The notes: a model not told the origin generated them from the sequence alone. A DNA stretch of 63,253 bases, filler included, from Dugesia japonica (GCA_001938525.1; 6 parts of 6 records of this genome joined end to end with filler, not necessarily neighbours in it); one strand, 5' to 3'. Numbered from the whole stretch's first letter, positions 1-14,325 are shown. A program made the numbers and translations.

Positions 1-225
1 CCAATTAGATCTGGTATTAATTTCTCTACTATTATAAATGTTACTTCTTTGCACACCTCTGAAACTACAACTTCCAAACGTATCTTTCCAATTGTCTCCA
101 ATGAGCTGTTATTCGCGTAATGCTATCGTTTCTCGCTTTTCTCTAACATTGTTTCTCCGAGTCTATTAAATCCTTTCATGCTCATCACATTTAAATAAAG
201 CTTGTATTTGCTGATCGATTTTAAA
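1..225 (-). pseudogene. Retropepsin (Gypsy-type aspartic protease) relic
   Basis: Minus strand reads LNVMSMKGFNRLGETMLEKSEKR*HYANNSSLETIGKIRLEVVVSEVCKEVTFIIVEKLIPDLIG, matching the ANxSxLxxxG...FxVVxxLxxDLILG half of retropepsins. The catalytic DTG appears deleted and there is one in-frame stop. Confidence 0.6.
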
Positions 226-2559
226 AATCCACAAAAATACAGGAGGAGGATAATAGTAAGGCCGAAAATTTTCAAATAGAAGAAACACGATGTAAATATA
301 CATTAATTAATATTTATTAATCAAAATAACAATTAATATATATTAATCATTATATTAATTAATATATTAATCAATACATTAATAAACATATTAATGATTA
401 TACTACTAGATACAATAATTAATAAATAATAATCAATATATTAATTAATATATATTAATCAAAATAATAATGAATATACTAATCATTATATTAATTAATA
501 TATATAAAATATGTTAATAATATAATATAAATATCGTAAAGCGATTCAATATTTAATATTGATCTCTCAAATTAAATTTTAATTCAAAATACAAAAAACT
601 TGGCAACCGCCAGAAAAGAAAAAATTTAATTTAAAAATTTGGAAATTAAAATTTGGATTAGAAATTAAATTTCAATTAAAAAATTAACAATTCTGTCAGT
701 CGAAAAAAACAAAAGTAGAATTAATTACAGAATGATCTAAAATTAAATTGTAAAACTTGGCAACTGTCAGTAGGAAAGTAAAAATGTCGAAAATATTGAA
801 GTTAAAACTGTTTTGATAAAATGATTTTATGCAGTTATTTAAAACTTAATCTTGGAAAAATAATTCACAATACTCAATTTCAATTGTTTGGGCTAAATTT
901 TTTCAAGAACAATTTAATAAAAATCACAGTAATCAAATCCACGGAATAGTTCCTGCAAAAAACAGTAACTTTTTAGTTTTATCGTTAAATAAATTTCTTG
1001 GAAAATTATCATTAATTATTTTTTTTACTGTTTTATTTATATTTTTTTCTTCCAGTATATTCATATATAAACTATTCAATGCATTTTACATAGCATACAC
1101 CCCAAGTTTCCCTACACAAACTTATCTTTTTTTGGTGACTCTCTTTGGCAGTGGTGTGGCCAAAGTGAGGGTTTGGGGGTTAACCTCCTTGGCGTATGAA
1201 AAAAAATTTAATTTTTCATTTTAAATCAGCTTTACCATAATCATGCACTCCATTTGGCCGTAATGAACTGTTTTATATACCAATAAATTCTACTCCTAAT
1301 GAAGCTTTGGACTTGGACGATATCGAAAATTTTATTGATGATGTAGAAGAATATTTCAGAGAAGATCTGTATTCGGATAATAAATTTGGAGTTAGTTGAA
1401 GAAAATATAGACGTTATTACATTAAGTATTGATTTTGGTCAAATTATTAACATGTTAAGAGATGTTATAAGAATGTTTAAAAAATGATCTTTAAAGCACT
1501 CTATTTTGCACCATAATATAGTTCAAAAATGGGGAAAAAACTGAAGTTAAAGTTGGACATCAAAACAAAATGGAATTCTTTGATTGTAATAATTCGACAA
1601 TTTTTAATTTTATCAGAATGTGTCAATAAATCCTTAGTGGAATTGAATTTAAACGGAAATCAATAACAACTATCTATTTTAATTTTTATTGTTATTGTTA
1701 TTTAGATATTATTTTAGCAAATTTATAAATTTATTAACAATTACTTTTAAAAATCTACACTCTTCAATATACAGAAGATTAGAACTTTATAATGTAGAAT
1801 TAATTTATGTTTTCAAAAATCAGCATTCTTAATAGTCCATAAATAAACTATTCTTTTTTTCTAGGAAATCTTATTATGGGTGATGTTTAAAACACTCTAG
1901 ATTTTATTGCTGACAGCATTTCATTCTTGAAAGCCGATTTCATTTATTAGAAACTTCTTGAATTATTAGATCAAATTATTTTCCTTGAATATAAGTGTTC
2001 GCAGTAAAATTCAAACCATTGATTTAATATCATAATGTATTCAAAATAAAACAAATTATTTTAAAAGTATTTTATTCATTGAAACAAAATAAATAATTTG
2101 ATTCAGATCAGATACAATTTGAAAAAAACAACTTCAATTTTCAATTAATACAAAATAAAAAACATTTAGTTTAAAAAATCTATTTTAATGAAAAAATTTT
2201 AAAATAATTTAAAATTTACATTAAATTTAACATTCATTTTTACGTATTACTTGACTTTTTTTTTACTTGACTTCGAAGATAATTGGGGTTCCATAAAATT
2301 TTTAAAATGTTAAAAGGGTTTCATGAGGAAAAATAATTGGGAAACGCTGAACTATAGTTTTGATATATTTTTAAATCAAAGTTAAGTATTTTATTAACAA
2401 AATTTCAAAAATCATATAAAAAAATATCGGCGTTGTTAATATTTAAAATACAATCCATTATAGTTTATGGTCTTTTTAATCTTTCACACAATTTAATGAT
2501 TCTGAGGCAATACCATTCGGTTTCTTTAGAAGTGAAAAATTATCGAACGTTAGTTTTAT

Positions 2560-3165
2560 TCCATTGGATATTCTCAATGCTAATTTCGCCAGAAACACAC
2601 CATGGACCTAAATAGAAAGTGTTAGTTCCGGGCTGCAGGCTAAATGTGGTAAGAATTTGATGCTATTCGGGTCTTCAACCTTCTGACGAGCGACATACAA
2701 AGGTGCGTTAAAAGTTTTCGACACTGTTTTACTAAAAATGCAACCTTACCACATATTTTTAAAAAATGCCAAATAAATCAAGCAATAATAACTGAAAGAC
2801 ATAATACTTGCCTTGATATTATTGTCAGTAAATTTAAAATCCCAAATGTTATTGTTGAGGAAAATAGAGTAAACAAATATATTTCGGACCAAAGGAAAAA
2901 GACAATATATTTAATTGATGTAAAATACCCGATAGACTTTGAAAAATATAATTTAAAGAGACTAACAAGATAATTTAAGAAAACAATGAAACTAACAAAA
3001 CCAGACTATAACGTAGAATTAGATTCGTCCATTATTAAACCAATTCCAACAATAACCGTACGAAAGATTCTTGGAAAAAAAATATTATTAAAGTAGTATT
3101 AAAAGGATTACTCAAAATCAAAAATAGCAAAATTCAGCAGAAATATGGAAATTCTACAAAACTGG
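2560..3165 (+). mobile_element. 3' relic of an RLE-type (R2/NeSL/R4-like) non-LTR retrotransposon
   Basis: 2692-2973 reads SFRHCFTKNATLPHIFKKCQINQAIITERHNTCLDII...KKTIYLIDVKYPID. This is a degenerate CCHC knuckle plus RHN plus the restriction-like endonuclease IYLIDVxxP motif. A SAEIWK terminal motif follows near 3140. Confidence 0.7.
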
Positions 3166-4559
3166 AATCGGAGACAGTAGAATAAAATTCAATACTGAAG
3201 ATTGGTGTTCAAACAAAAATTAACTGTAGAAAAATTTGTAGGTTCCATGTAGAATCAAAAACAGAAAAGATTATTTTCGCAAATTCAAACTTGGTATTTT
3301 GAGTAAATTTAATGTATGATGAAGCTGCTTGAAAAACATATTTATCATTTTTACAAATAAATTTGGACGTAACAGTGGTTATTTAAAAGCATTAAAATAT
3401 TCAGAAACAATTGAAAATTTCTTTGAAGAGATAAAAATATAGAATAATGAAAATAGTAAAAGAAGGTATGCATAGAAAAAACCATTAACTGATGACGACT
3501 TACCAATTTTCTACTGAACCAATTATTTCTAAAATAAAATTACATGATGAATCAAAACCAGTCAAGTTTCTAGAGATTCAAAATCAGGTAAATGAAAAAT
3601 GAAGCAGAACTTTAAAAACTGGAAAAGGTTTTTTAAACCACGGGGTCTTCTTATTTCGTTCATTTTAACTACATTCTCTCCGTGATCATTAAATATTTAT
3701 TTTGTGGTTTTCGCAGCATTGTTTCTCTTAAAGTAATGAAGCATAATAACTCGAAAAATCAGGTCTTCATACTCTATTTGTGGAATTCAAAAGGAGTTGT
3801 AAATTAAAGCAAATTTATTTTATTAAAGTATTATTAATTTGAGATGTATTATTTATCTTTATATTGTTCTGAATGAAGTCATGAAATGAAAGGCTTAAAA
3901 TAACCAAAATATGATACACCAAAACAATATATATTAAAAACATTTTGTATTTAAATGATTTTAGGGATAAATGTAAACGAACAAAAATGACGAAATCTTG
4001 TAAACTCTTATGAATCAAAATCTTTCATAATCGAATGAATATCGTAAACAAGTAGAAGATCCATTGAAACAAAGATAACAAAATGATGTTATCAATCTTC
4101 TACTACTATTGCATCTTGAAATTACGCAGAGCAACAGAGAGGAATAACAAAGAGGAGCCAAAAATAAATTGATATTAATTGAAATAAATTAATAAACAAG
4201 AAATAAACGTAGAGAAATATAACTTAAAAGATAAAGGTATAATCAATAATCTTTTAAAAATGATTAATATAGGAAATTAAGATATTTAAAGGTGTATTTG
4301 TAAAACATTGAGGAGTTGATATCTTCATATATCGTTTCAACTAAGAGATTTATTTAAAACAATAAAAAATCCACATTTCTTCACATATACCAATTATCGT
4401 TTATTAAGTTATTTTTAAAATTGTGTAAATTAATTAAATATTAATAAATATAATTAATTAGAAGTAAGTATCGAAATTTTTAGCAACTAACAAATTTTGA
4501 TTTTATTAGATTTTAAAAATTTGTATTGTAATTATAAATTTTAAGAAGTTATTTTATTT

Positions 4560-5475
4560 TATTTGGAAATTACATTTGAGAAGCGTTATGTGAACACTTA
4601 AGATTTGTAAAATTGTAGTTTGTAATTATTAAAGCTCTTAAAATGATCCTATATCGTATACCACAACGCTTAATTTCTTGTTAATTTTTATTTTATTTTA
4701 ATTCTTAATTATATTTTTGGAGAAAATTTGATGGCCTCAAGAGAGTCAACAGAAAAAGATTATCCATGAAGAGACACTTGAGGTAAATGTTTTATAAACG
4801 AGAGAATGTGTGCTTGATTTAAGAAACATGTATGCTTATATGTACCAATTTAAATAAAAATTTTCCATGGTTCATTTTAACCTACAAAAGCTTCCAAAAC
4901 CATGTGAGACTAAGCATCTCGAGACCATTATTCTTTTATCTTGTTTGACTGTTCCTGTAATGCAGGATTTGGAATAACACTCATTTTAAGTCTTCAAACA
5001 CATTTTGAGCGCTGAAACTGTAACAAATATGGTGATTCATCTGAACATATCAACATTTTCCATTCTTCTATATTTCAACTTAGATGCTCATTTGTCCATG
5101 TCAATCATCTTTGTTGATTAACAATAGATACAAACGGTTTTCTCACTTGTAAACGTAAATAATATCCAGCTTCGTCTAATATGTTGCCGATAGTTTGAAA
5201 AGATCCATTATGATTTGTTTCGCTGAAATTGTACGAGCTAATTTTTCCACAGACACAATATTTTCATCATTAATATTGGTTGTTTTTCTTTTTCTTCCAC
5301 TATCAACTTTACGTTCAAAGTTCAAAACAACTTGTAATCTTGAAGAAATTTAGTGACTGCCGATTGAACTCTTCCAATTTTCTTTGCGATCTGTCACCCA
5401 GATAATCCGCAATCTACATATGCCACAATCAGTTCTTTTTGAAAATTAATAAACTTTGGTTTGATATAATTTCAT
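4560..5475 (-). mobile_element. Tc1-family transposase relic
   Basis: Frameshifted minus-strand peptides IAKKIGRVQSAVTKFL..SGRKRKTT, RKPFVSIVNQQR*LTWTNEHLS*NIEEWKMLICSDESP and IMVSRCLVSHGFG. Confidence 0.8.
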
Positions 5476-6118
5476 ATAACAATGCACAAAAAAATCCGAT
5501 CACTATCAAATAAGACAAATTACTTGAAACAACAAATTTCATATAGATTTGCTGTGAAATCGATTAAATCAAATAAATTGAATAAATGTTGGTTTTGTAT
5601 TATTTTGCGTAAATTTAAATAGTTTAGACAGCTCATTTAAATGGAATTAAATATGTAAGAGTGATTCATACATTATACATATCTGGGAAATGTTTGGATT
5701 TGGTATAAATTATATTATATTATATAAAAATTCAAAATATTTTAAAATTGATATATCTTATACAAATATTAAAAAGTACATTACAGAATTTTAAAAAAGA
5801 AAAATATTTTTTAAATGTAAATTGATTTAAATAATTGCTATATATTATATTCGGTAAAATTAAACAAGTATAAAATTATTTTCGGAGATTATTTTGAAAA
5901 ATAATTAAAATATGAAAAACTATATATATTTTTTAAAAAGAAAATCGATATACATAAATATTTTATTTTAATGAATGTCAAATTAAATTTAAATTTCTCA
6001 TATTATTTGTTTAAATACTATGAATTATTTTTGCATCTTTTTTAACTTTAATAAAACACGTGATAATAAATAAAATTTATGGGAAATTGTTAAATTTTAA
6101 ATTTAATTAATAATATCA

Positions 6119-6430
6119 ATGGCAAAGCTAACTAATTTTGAAATGAACAGATTTTGACATATTCAGATTGCGACTTATCTGGGAGATAAATAACAAGGAA
6201 AATTGGGGAAGTTCAATCGACAGTTGCTACATTTTTCAAAGATTATGGAGCAACTGGAAATTACGAACATAAAATTGGTAGTGGAAGAGATAAAATCACC
6301 AATGATGATGGTCAAAATATGTTTTCCGTGGCAATAAATACTTTTATCATTTCGGCAAAAAAAATCAAGAGATATAAATGTGAAAATCTCAACAAACTAT
6401 CCCCAACAGATTACATAATAAATGGTTAAT
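6119..6430 (+). mobile_element. Second Tc1 transposase N-terminal relic, same family as 4560-5475 but opposite orientation
   Basis: MAKLTNFE..YSDCDLSGR*ITRKIGEVQSTVATFFKDYGATGNYEHKIGSGR aligns with the HTH region of the minus-strand copy. Confidence 0.7.
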
Positions 6431-7489
6431 TAATTAATGGATTTTTAAAAAAATAGTTTCAAGTATTTTGTCTTATTTGGATAGTGCTTGAAATTTTTTG
6501 TACGTATTGTATATCTTAGGAATGTCTACAGAATCTGGACGAATTCCTGACGTGGTAGGAAGAGAGCGAAAAGGAACTGATTAAGTTTTATATGGATGCT
6601 ATTGAACTCAAATCAACAGAATCATGTAGTCAATGTTATTTGATCGTTTCAACTGAATAGTGACCAGTATACAGAGCAACGTAAACAGTTAATGATAATC
6701 ATTGAGACAACGTTTCACCCGATTAATGCTCCATTTGATAGTGATATTGATGTGAAAAAGAACGTATTTTGGTTTAGAGTGAAAATTAATATTAATTCGG
6801 GTGCGACGTTTTTTCGAAAAAACTCAAACCAAATCGACACAAAGCGAGGCCATGGTGTAATTATATTCGAAGCTAAAATATTTATTATAAAACATCTATT
6901 ATAAATTGCCCTAATATAAATATTTTCTCATTTGAATTTCTTTTTAAAATAAGATTGTAAATTAAACTAAAGTACAGTGTTATGAAGAGTTAAGAATTTT
7001 ATCAAGATATTCATACTATTGAACAAGAACGCACGTGAAAGCTTAAAAAGTAAACTATGGCTATGAAAAAAGAGTTGATTCTAATTTGTGGTTGTAGAGC
7101 GCGAAATGCAGCGAAGAGAAAATTGTGAAATCCACAGAAAGTGATTTGAAGAAATAGGCCTTATAATTTTATATGTATATTTAAGAAATAATTCAGTTAT
7201 GTGTGATGTAAAATTTAATCTGTTTTATGGAAAAGATAATTTTTATGGAGATAATAAGGACAATAGAATTTAGTCAATAATAATTACTATATGTATGATG
7301 ATCTGGGATGATAAAAGAAATTATTTTGTATGGAAAAATTACAAATGTCGAGTAAATTATTTTGTGAATGTGAATTTAAAAATATAAATTTTATTGTAGC
7401 ATTATTCAAGATATTGTGTTGTGGAATAATTTCTGAATTTTTTTCATGAAAAATAAAAATCTAAGTTATAACATATAAATCTTTATTTT

Positions 7490-7770
7490 ACTCACAAAAT
7501 ATTGAACACTATTGTTTATTAATTCATTATGTCAGGTTAATAAAAACATTGGGTTTTCCTGAAAATAATTCTCCAAATACTCTTTGACATCCTCCATCGT
7601 TGTGGGTTCAGATTATTTTGAAGGAGTCGGAATAGATAGAAATCCGAAGGTATTAAATCTGGCGAGTACGATGGGTGCTGCATTGCTTTTCAACCGAGAT
7701 CGAGGTTGCTAAAGCAGTATGTTGTTAAGAGCTGTCCTGGTGAAATAACACATTCTTTTTGTTCACCAAT
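7490..7770 (-). mobile_element. mariner transposase C-terminal relic
   Basis: VLFHQDSS*QHTA and MQHPSYSPDLIPSDFYLFRLLQNNL (mariner YSPDLAPxD motif). Confidence 0.8.
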
Positions 7771-8474
7771 TCTGAACATTTAGGTCAGACTAAGAACATC
7801 TTTTTAATTTGTTGGACTTTTAACGGATTTACTCTAATTTGAAAAATTTATGAGCTAATTCATGAGATTCCAACAAAGTTGTATTTTGTTTAACCACAAA
7901 AGATAAATAAGAGCTTTTATCGTCAATTGTATCCAAAACTATCTATTGTATACAGGATTTACAAAGAACACTCGCATTATCACCAAAATGAAAAGCAGTA
8001 CAACTGATAAATCTTATGAAAATTGTGAAGACATTCATAAAAAAGTAAACATCTCAAAATGTCCATATATTTTTTGTTGCTAATATACACATTTGAAATT
8101 AAGATATTACAGATAAACCACTTTAGTTAAAAAGACACATACTTTAAACATATTCAGTGGCGTAGCAAAAAAGTAAAGAGGTCTATCGTGTTCGGGGCGC
8201 TTCTCGCAGAGGTGGACCAAATGCTCCCGACAACAAACGTAATTTTCTGCATCCAAAAAAAATTTAATAGAATTTTGGCAAGGCGTCTGCGATCGATAAA
8301 GTTTGGAAACCACGCTATATTATATTATTGTTTTTCGAATTTTCGGAGAAAATAGACTAAGGATCACTAAAAAGTTATTGTACTCCGGATGCTAGTTATG
8401 GTCGCTNNNNNNNNNNNNNNNNNNNNNNNNNNNNNNNNNNNNNNNNNNNNNNNNNNACATACTTTAAACATATT

Positions 8475-8735
8475 CAGTGGCGTAGCAAAAAAGTAAAGAG
8501 GTCTATCGTGTTCGGGGCGCTACTCGTAGAAGTGGACTAAATGCTCCCGACGACAAACGTTATTTTCTGCATCCAAAAAAAATTTAATAGATTTTTGGCA
8601 AGGCGTCTGCGATCGATAAAGTTTGGAAACCACGCTATATTATATTATTGTTTTTCGAGTTTTCGGAGAAAATAGACTAAGGATCACTAAAAAGGTATTG
8701 TACTCCGGATGCTAGTTATGGTCGCTCCTCCACTA
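8475..8735. mobile_element. Short non-autonomous DNA transposon (MITE-like); partial second copy at 8155-8406
   Basis: Imperfect terminal inverted repeats CAGTGGCGTAGC ... GCTCCTCCACTA; GC-rich relative to flanks. Confidence 0.5.
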
Positions 8736-9377
8736 ATTCCATTGCTATCTCCAAAAAATAAAGTCATAAAAGCTTTATGCGCGAAATAAATAATTAACAT
8801 TTAAGAATTCAATAATATCAAAAATACTAAGAAAAAACGTATTTAAAAAGCAATATATTAATTACGTAACGTATATTAATAATATACAAATAAAATTTTG
8901 TTAAGAAATTATTTATTATATAAAGCAGTTAACTGATTATTTTTTGGAAAGTTCAGTATTAAAATTTTAATGACCTTACGATTTATTAATTAGTAAATCC
9001 ACAAAGCAGAATGTATTAGAAATGAATATGAATACTTAAATGCTATTTAATTTAATTAAATTGTTTTGTAAAAATGTTTTTTATGATATTTATAGTTGAT
9101 AAGTTAATTCAAGTAAATTTCAAGAAAAGAATTGTCAATATCAGTATTTTTCAATTTGATGAAACTTTTTTAAAATTAAAATTAGATATTTTGGAATTTT
9201 TTAATTTAATATGTTTAATCCAAGAGTTTTTGTAAATAATAATTTTACTTACAATTTTTAATAATAATGTTTTAATATTTAAATTATTTATCACTGTGTT
9301 ATGAAACAATTTAATTTTTTAAGTGGTTAAGAATGGATATTATTTAGTTAGAGTTATTTATATTTTACTTAAGATTT

Positions 9378-9829
9378 ATGGAATATATAAATGAAGTTTG
9401 GCGCACAGATTGTGAGTTTTTTGTGTAATTAAAATCTTAAATTTTTCGACAGCTGTTTTAAAAATTTAAACGTAAATATTATCTTTTCAAAATATTCTTT
9501 TTAATCTATTTAAAATTTTCCGTTACAGTTAAATTTTTGTCAATCTGTCGGAAATGAATTTAATAAAATAAATTTATGTNNNNNNNNNNNNNNNNNNNNN
9601 NNNNNNNTTTTTTTACAATTATAGTATATAAGTTACAACAACAAGCTCCTAAAGCAAAACCTGTAGTCAACAAAATTGAATTAGCTTCAAAACCAGTATT
9701 TTATGGAGTAGAATATCATGGGAAGATTAGTAGAGATGAAGTTGAAAGTATAATGCAAAATCAATCACCGGGTGCTTATCTTATTAGAGATGGATTGAGA
9801 TGTCGGGGAACTTACACTTTAGCTATTAA
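9378..9829 (+). CDS. CHN1/2: Chimaerin (SH2-C1-RhoGAP), first two coding exons: 9378-9411 and 9625-9829
   Basis: Spliced product MEYINEVWRTDLYKLQQQAPKAKPVVNKIELASKPVFYGVEYHGKISRDEVESIMQNQSPGAYLIRDGLRCRGTYTLAIK parallels alpha2-chimaerin VWKSYLYQLQQEAP..YGREFHGMISRE..GSYLIRES..GTYTLAL. GT-AG junctions are phase-compatible. Downstream exons were not found; the segment ends at a spacer. Confidence 0.9.
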
Positions 9830-10383
9830 GTAATTTTTAATTTAATAATATTGAAAATGAATTATTCTATGAAATTTGGAAATTAGTGTTTCATTAAATA
9901 ACAATTACTTTATTATCCAAGTTAATATCGAAATTTTCTTAATAATGCTATACACAATGTTATATTCAATACTAATGATCATTAACTATAATTAATGATA
10001 AATAATAGTCTTTTCCGTTCAATAGATAATTGCTATCGTTATTTACACGATTACAACTTATTTGCTCATAGTTTTAATCAATTTTATATTAAAATCAGTT
10101 AATTAAATACGAAAATTTTCATACTAATTACAAAAAAAATTTATTTTAAAAATTTTAATTTATATAAATTATTATCTGAAAAATGTTAAAATCAAATAAA
10201 TGAAATTTTGTATAAAATTGTTATTAATGAATCTACTGTACACCTGATTATGTTTTTACGTGATGGATACGTTCCTCGAAAACTCGCGTCAAATATTATT
10301 ATTATTATTATTTTTATTATTTATTTTATTATTTTTATTATTTTTATTATTTTTATTATTAATTTTATTATTATTATTATTAT

Positions 10384-10483
10384 NNNNNNNNNNNNNNNNN
10401 NNNNNNNNNNNNNNNNNNNNNNNNNNNTTAATTAATTAANNNNNNNNNNNNNNNNNNNNNNNNNNNNNNNNNNNNNNNNNNNN
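10384..10483. other. Artificial assembly spacer N44-TTAATTAATTAA-N44 (12-mer at 10428; also at 19777, 29766, 43533, 53517)
   Basis: Identical 12-mer with stops in all six frames, centred in N runs, five times. Confidence 0.95.
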
Positions 10484-11145
10484 ATATATCATTTTTTCAG
10501 TGTCCTATACAAGAAAAGTCAATATTGCTACTCGCAAGCACATACACGTAACTGAGAATTTAAGACTGCCCGAAAATTCAAAATATATAAACTGTCCGAA
10601 CCTTCAATCATTAATACTACCCAGACATTCATCTATACACTCACAGCGCTCTTCCGCAATGATTTTCAAAAGTTCAAACACATACACTCACTGGTAAAAT
10701 CAATACCATATGGTAACTGTGAGTTGCTTTATGTAATGCTAAATGCTGGTGGAAATAATTACGTATTATATCAAATACATGCTTGTTATGTGCACATTGA
10801 TTATCTAATTGACTAAAATTTAAACTCAAGTGGTCTCGGGTGTATGCATTCATCTACTGTTTAATGCATAAATAATCTAGGATAACGTCTATAGTTTTTA
10901 ATGTTGTAGTGACATATTAATCATATTAAAATAAAATAAATAATAATAAAAACTTACTGATGTTTATTGGACACGAGTCTGAAGAAGAAATTAAATTAAG
11001 ATATAGTTAAAGAATCAAAAATATATTTATGGTTTTTAATGATTATGTAATCATTGTATAATAATTACTTTTGTTTTAACTGACGTACTTTGATAATTTT
11101 TCTGTATAAAATGAGGTGAAATTATTTATTATTTTAAATAAAATC

Positions 11146-11180
11146 AATTGCTGACGAGCACAAAGTCGAAAATTAGAATT
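11146..11180 (+). ncRNA. Minimal type-I hammerhead ribozyme motif in a Penelope-type repeat (one arm only)
   Basis: aattg-CTGACGA-gcacaaagtc-GAAA-AT-TA-gaatt; stems I and II slightly degenerate. Confidence 0.5.
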
Positions 11181-12722
11181 ATTATCAAAAACAAAAGAAA
11201 AACTTTTATCGAAGCTTTTATTTTAATATATTTTAAAAAATAAGTGTTACGCCCGGCATTTATTTTCTCAATAATGGTAATTGTAAAAGAGTTATTGCTT
11301 GTTTAGATTAAGTTAGATTAATAAATTTTAGATTAAAATTAGGATAATTAATGATTTTTAAGCTACGTTCAGTGAGGACTATTAATATTAGTTGTGTCGA
11401 GCAATATTAACTTCAACAATAGATACTCTTTGCCGGCATTATTATTTAATTGATTTACATTACATTTTTATTAAAATTAAGTGAAAATATTGATTGTTTC
11501 TAGAGTTCTTAGTGTAAAATCAGTGAAAAAGCTTATTTTGTTTAAATTAACCAAAACTTACGAATGTTTAGATAGTTGAACTAAGTTTCTGTGATGGGCT
11601 TAAATATTAGATGTTCCAGGGTTCATACTATAATATATTTGTTGGAAGCATTAGTTGTCCAGGGTTCAAACTATCAGTTTTATATAGGGTATGCACTCAA
11701 AATTATTTTCATAAATTATTTCAATAACCGATTTGGTTACATTACATACCATTACATTATGCTATTGATATAAGTCAATGAACTTAGTGTATTTGTCTAA
11801 TTGAAATTCATGGAACTCTTAACAAACCATTAAATATGACTTAGCATTGGTTTATTTAAATTGACTTGATAGAATAAGCTTAACAATCACAATATGCTCA
11901 ACATATCTAATAAATACAGCCATCAGTTAAAACTATCATATCCGATGATTAAAATGTATCAAATGCAATCATATATAATTTTTAAAACCAGCGAAAACTC
12001 TAGAAAGCTAAGAATTATACTTAAATCATACAGTATTCATAAGATATAAAATACTAAGAAAATCATAGAGTATTCAAAAGATATAGAATACTTTGAAAAT
12101 CATATAATAATGTAGACGTTATAGTCGAAAGATGAAAACATACAACTGTATATAGATTTTACCACCAATATTTTATTTCCAAAGAGAAGAAACATATCAA
12201 GTAGAGATGTAAGTAGATGGTGATGATAAAGCATAAGTAACTATATTATTTTAAAACATGTTCATGGGAAAAACTTTAGAAAATCATTAAGCTGATACAA
12301 TAATCCTGTAGAAGCATGAAATGTATTTAAATCTATTGAAAACGATATAAAATACAAGCAAACTCTAGAAAACTTGGGGGAAAATCCATAGATTTCAATA
12401 CGAATCTTTGTAGCTGTTTACAACTCTTAAAGTGGAATTATACAACACATAAGCTGGATAAATCTATTAAGTAATCATTTATTATAACATTTATTCAGTT
12501 GTTACTAGTCACCATGTTGCATAATGAATTGTTGACTTTAAATTTTATTTATATAAATTTTCTATAGACTTTACACAAAGTATTAATAAATATATACTGA
12601 GTCCATAAGCAATTTCATTAAAACGTATAGGCACTCAATTAAAATATAGTCCAGTTTTATAAAGATTTATCAAAATTTCGTTGATTTCCCTAAATTTCAA
12701 GCATTTTCCTAAAGTTAATTGC

Positions 12723-12888
12723 AATTATTGCGAGAATAATTGTTGGGCGTAACTATTGATCGTTTTTCAGAATTCATTAAAATAAAAGCTTCAATCAAAA
12801 TTTGTTCTTTGGGTTTTTGATAAGAAGTCTTTTATTATCAAAAACCAAAAAAACTAGTTTTGATCGAAACTTTTATTTTAATGAATTA
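12723..12888. repeat. Palindromic Penelope-associated repeat, centre (ribozyme cores) deleted
   Basis: Inverted arms aattcattaaaataaaagcttcaatcaaaa...ggtttttgataa / ttatcaaaaacc...ttttgatcgaaacttttattttaatgaatt; same family as 37189-37422. Confidence 0.75.
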
Positions 12889-14325
12889 ATTAAATGTCTC
12901 TCAAGTCTCATTAATATCTCTAAATGGCTTTACATAGTCTATTATTTGTATTTTATTGTGTTTCTTTAGAGTTTAGCAGTTATATATTGACAGAAGACCA
13001 ATGGTTTTTACTTGTCGAAAATTATGAAACAATGGACACTGTAAGCCTATGGATACATGGAAAAAGTATACAAATTGTTAACTAAAAACCCCATGTTGTA
13101 CAGTAAATCCAATGGATAGAATAAGCAAATAGCTACAAAAAGCCAATATCTTAAAGAAGGCCCACGTGTTACAGAAATATCATGTGATCCAGTAAACCTG
13201 TGTATAGAGTATGTAAATTGATATAGAAAACCAATATAATACAATAAAGGCAATGGGTACAGTAAGCCAATGAGTATAAACTAGTGGATATAGCAAACTA
13301 ATATACATCACACATTGTATAACATGTAAGAGTTTACAGTATTCAATTGGAATCATTGAAATTCAGTTATTTCCATGAGCCAGTTTAATGGGTACTACTA
13401 CTTCTATCAGTCAATAAATACTGAAAGCCAATGTGATATAGTAAATTAGTTCACATAATTGACGTGTAATATTTTATCACAGTGTTCGATCAATACGGTC
13501 AATTAAAGTAATTATTTTAATTTATTACAATAATTTAATGTATTTTTAGAGTGATATATAATCTTACCTAATTATGTCTAGAAAAATAGGTTTTTAAATA
13601 CATTTTATAAGTTTGAATTTTGCGTGTTTATTGTTGATATCAGCAATGTTTTAATATTTTTTATTATTTTACTGCTTTCTAGTTTTTTAATGAAAATTTA
13701 ATTATTTTAAGGTTAAATTGGAGATTTTCAATAATTTGTAAACTTGTATAAATATATCGTTATTTCCTGATTTGAAAGTTCGGCTGTAGTTAATAAGTTA
13801 AATTAATTAAATTAGACTCTTTTCTAAACACTTACCTAATATTAGTAGTTTAGTGATTTCTACAAGTAAGTTAAATTAAAAAGAATTATTGCAAATTATC
13901 CTAAATTCATGTAACATTTTTATAGGTTTATGGTAATTAATTGCTTTAATATTTCCAACATTAAAAATAGTAAATCCCGTGTATATTGAAAAACATGATG
14001 ATTGCACAAATAGTGTCAAAAGCCTAAATTCTATTTTACTCCATTAAGGCTCTATGTATTAAAGTTAAAACTGGAGGTTAGTTTGTTAGTAACTTTAAAA
14101 ATGATTTCAATAATTTTAGAATTTTTTGTTTTAATAAATTGGGAAAATGTTAAATATGATTAGAAGTTCAACAATTATCAATTATTTGTCTGATAAATGT
14201 AATGTTTAATTTACAAAATTAACTATTTCCATATGAAAAGTTTGTATGCTGTCGGATTCGAGAATCAATTTCTGAAACTCGGATTCTGAAAAATTTTCAT
14301 TGTTCTAGCAATAATAATAAATTAC

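Noticed and set aside
6520-6904. 70-aa ORF and a possible C-x2-C..GH knuckle on the minus strand
   Set aside because: Needs a frameshift and has no supporting flanking motifs.
8137-8726. Apparent tandem duplication of about 270 bp across a gap
   Set aside because: The copies abut an N gap and differ by a few substitutions, typical of unmerged allelic contig ends rather than a real duplication.
10428-10439. TTAATTAATTAA as a biological motif (PacI site or piggyBac target)
   Set aside because: Always centred in N runs of fixed length; a synthetic linker.
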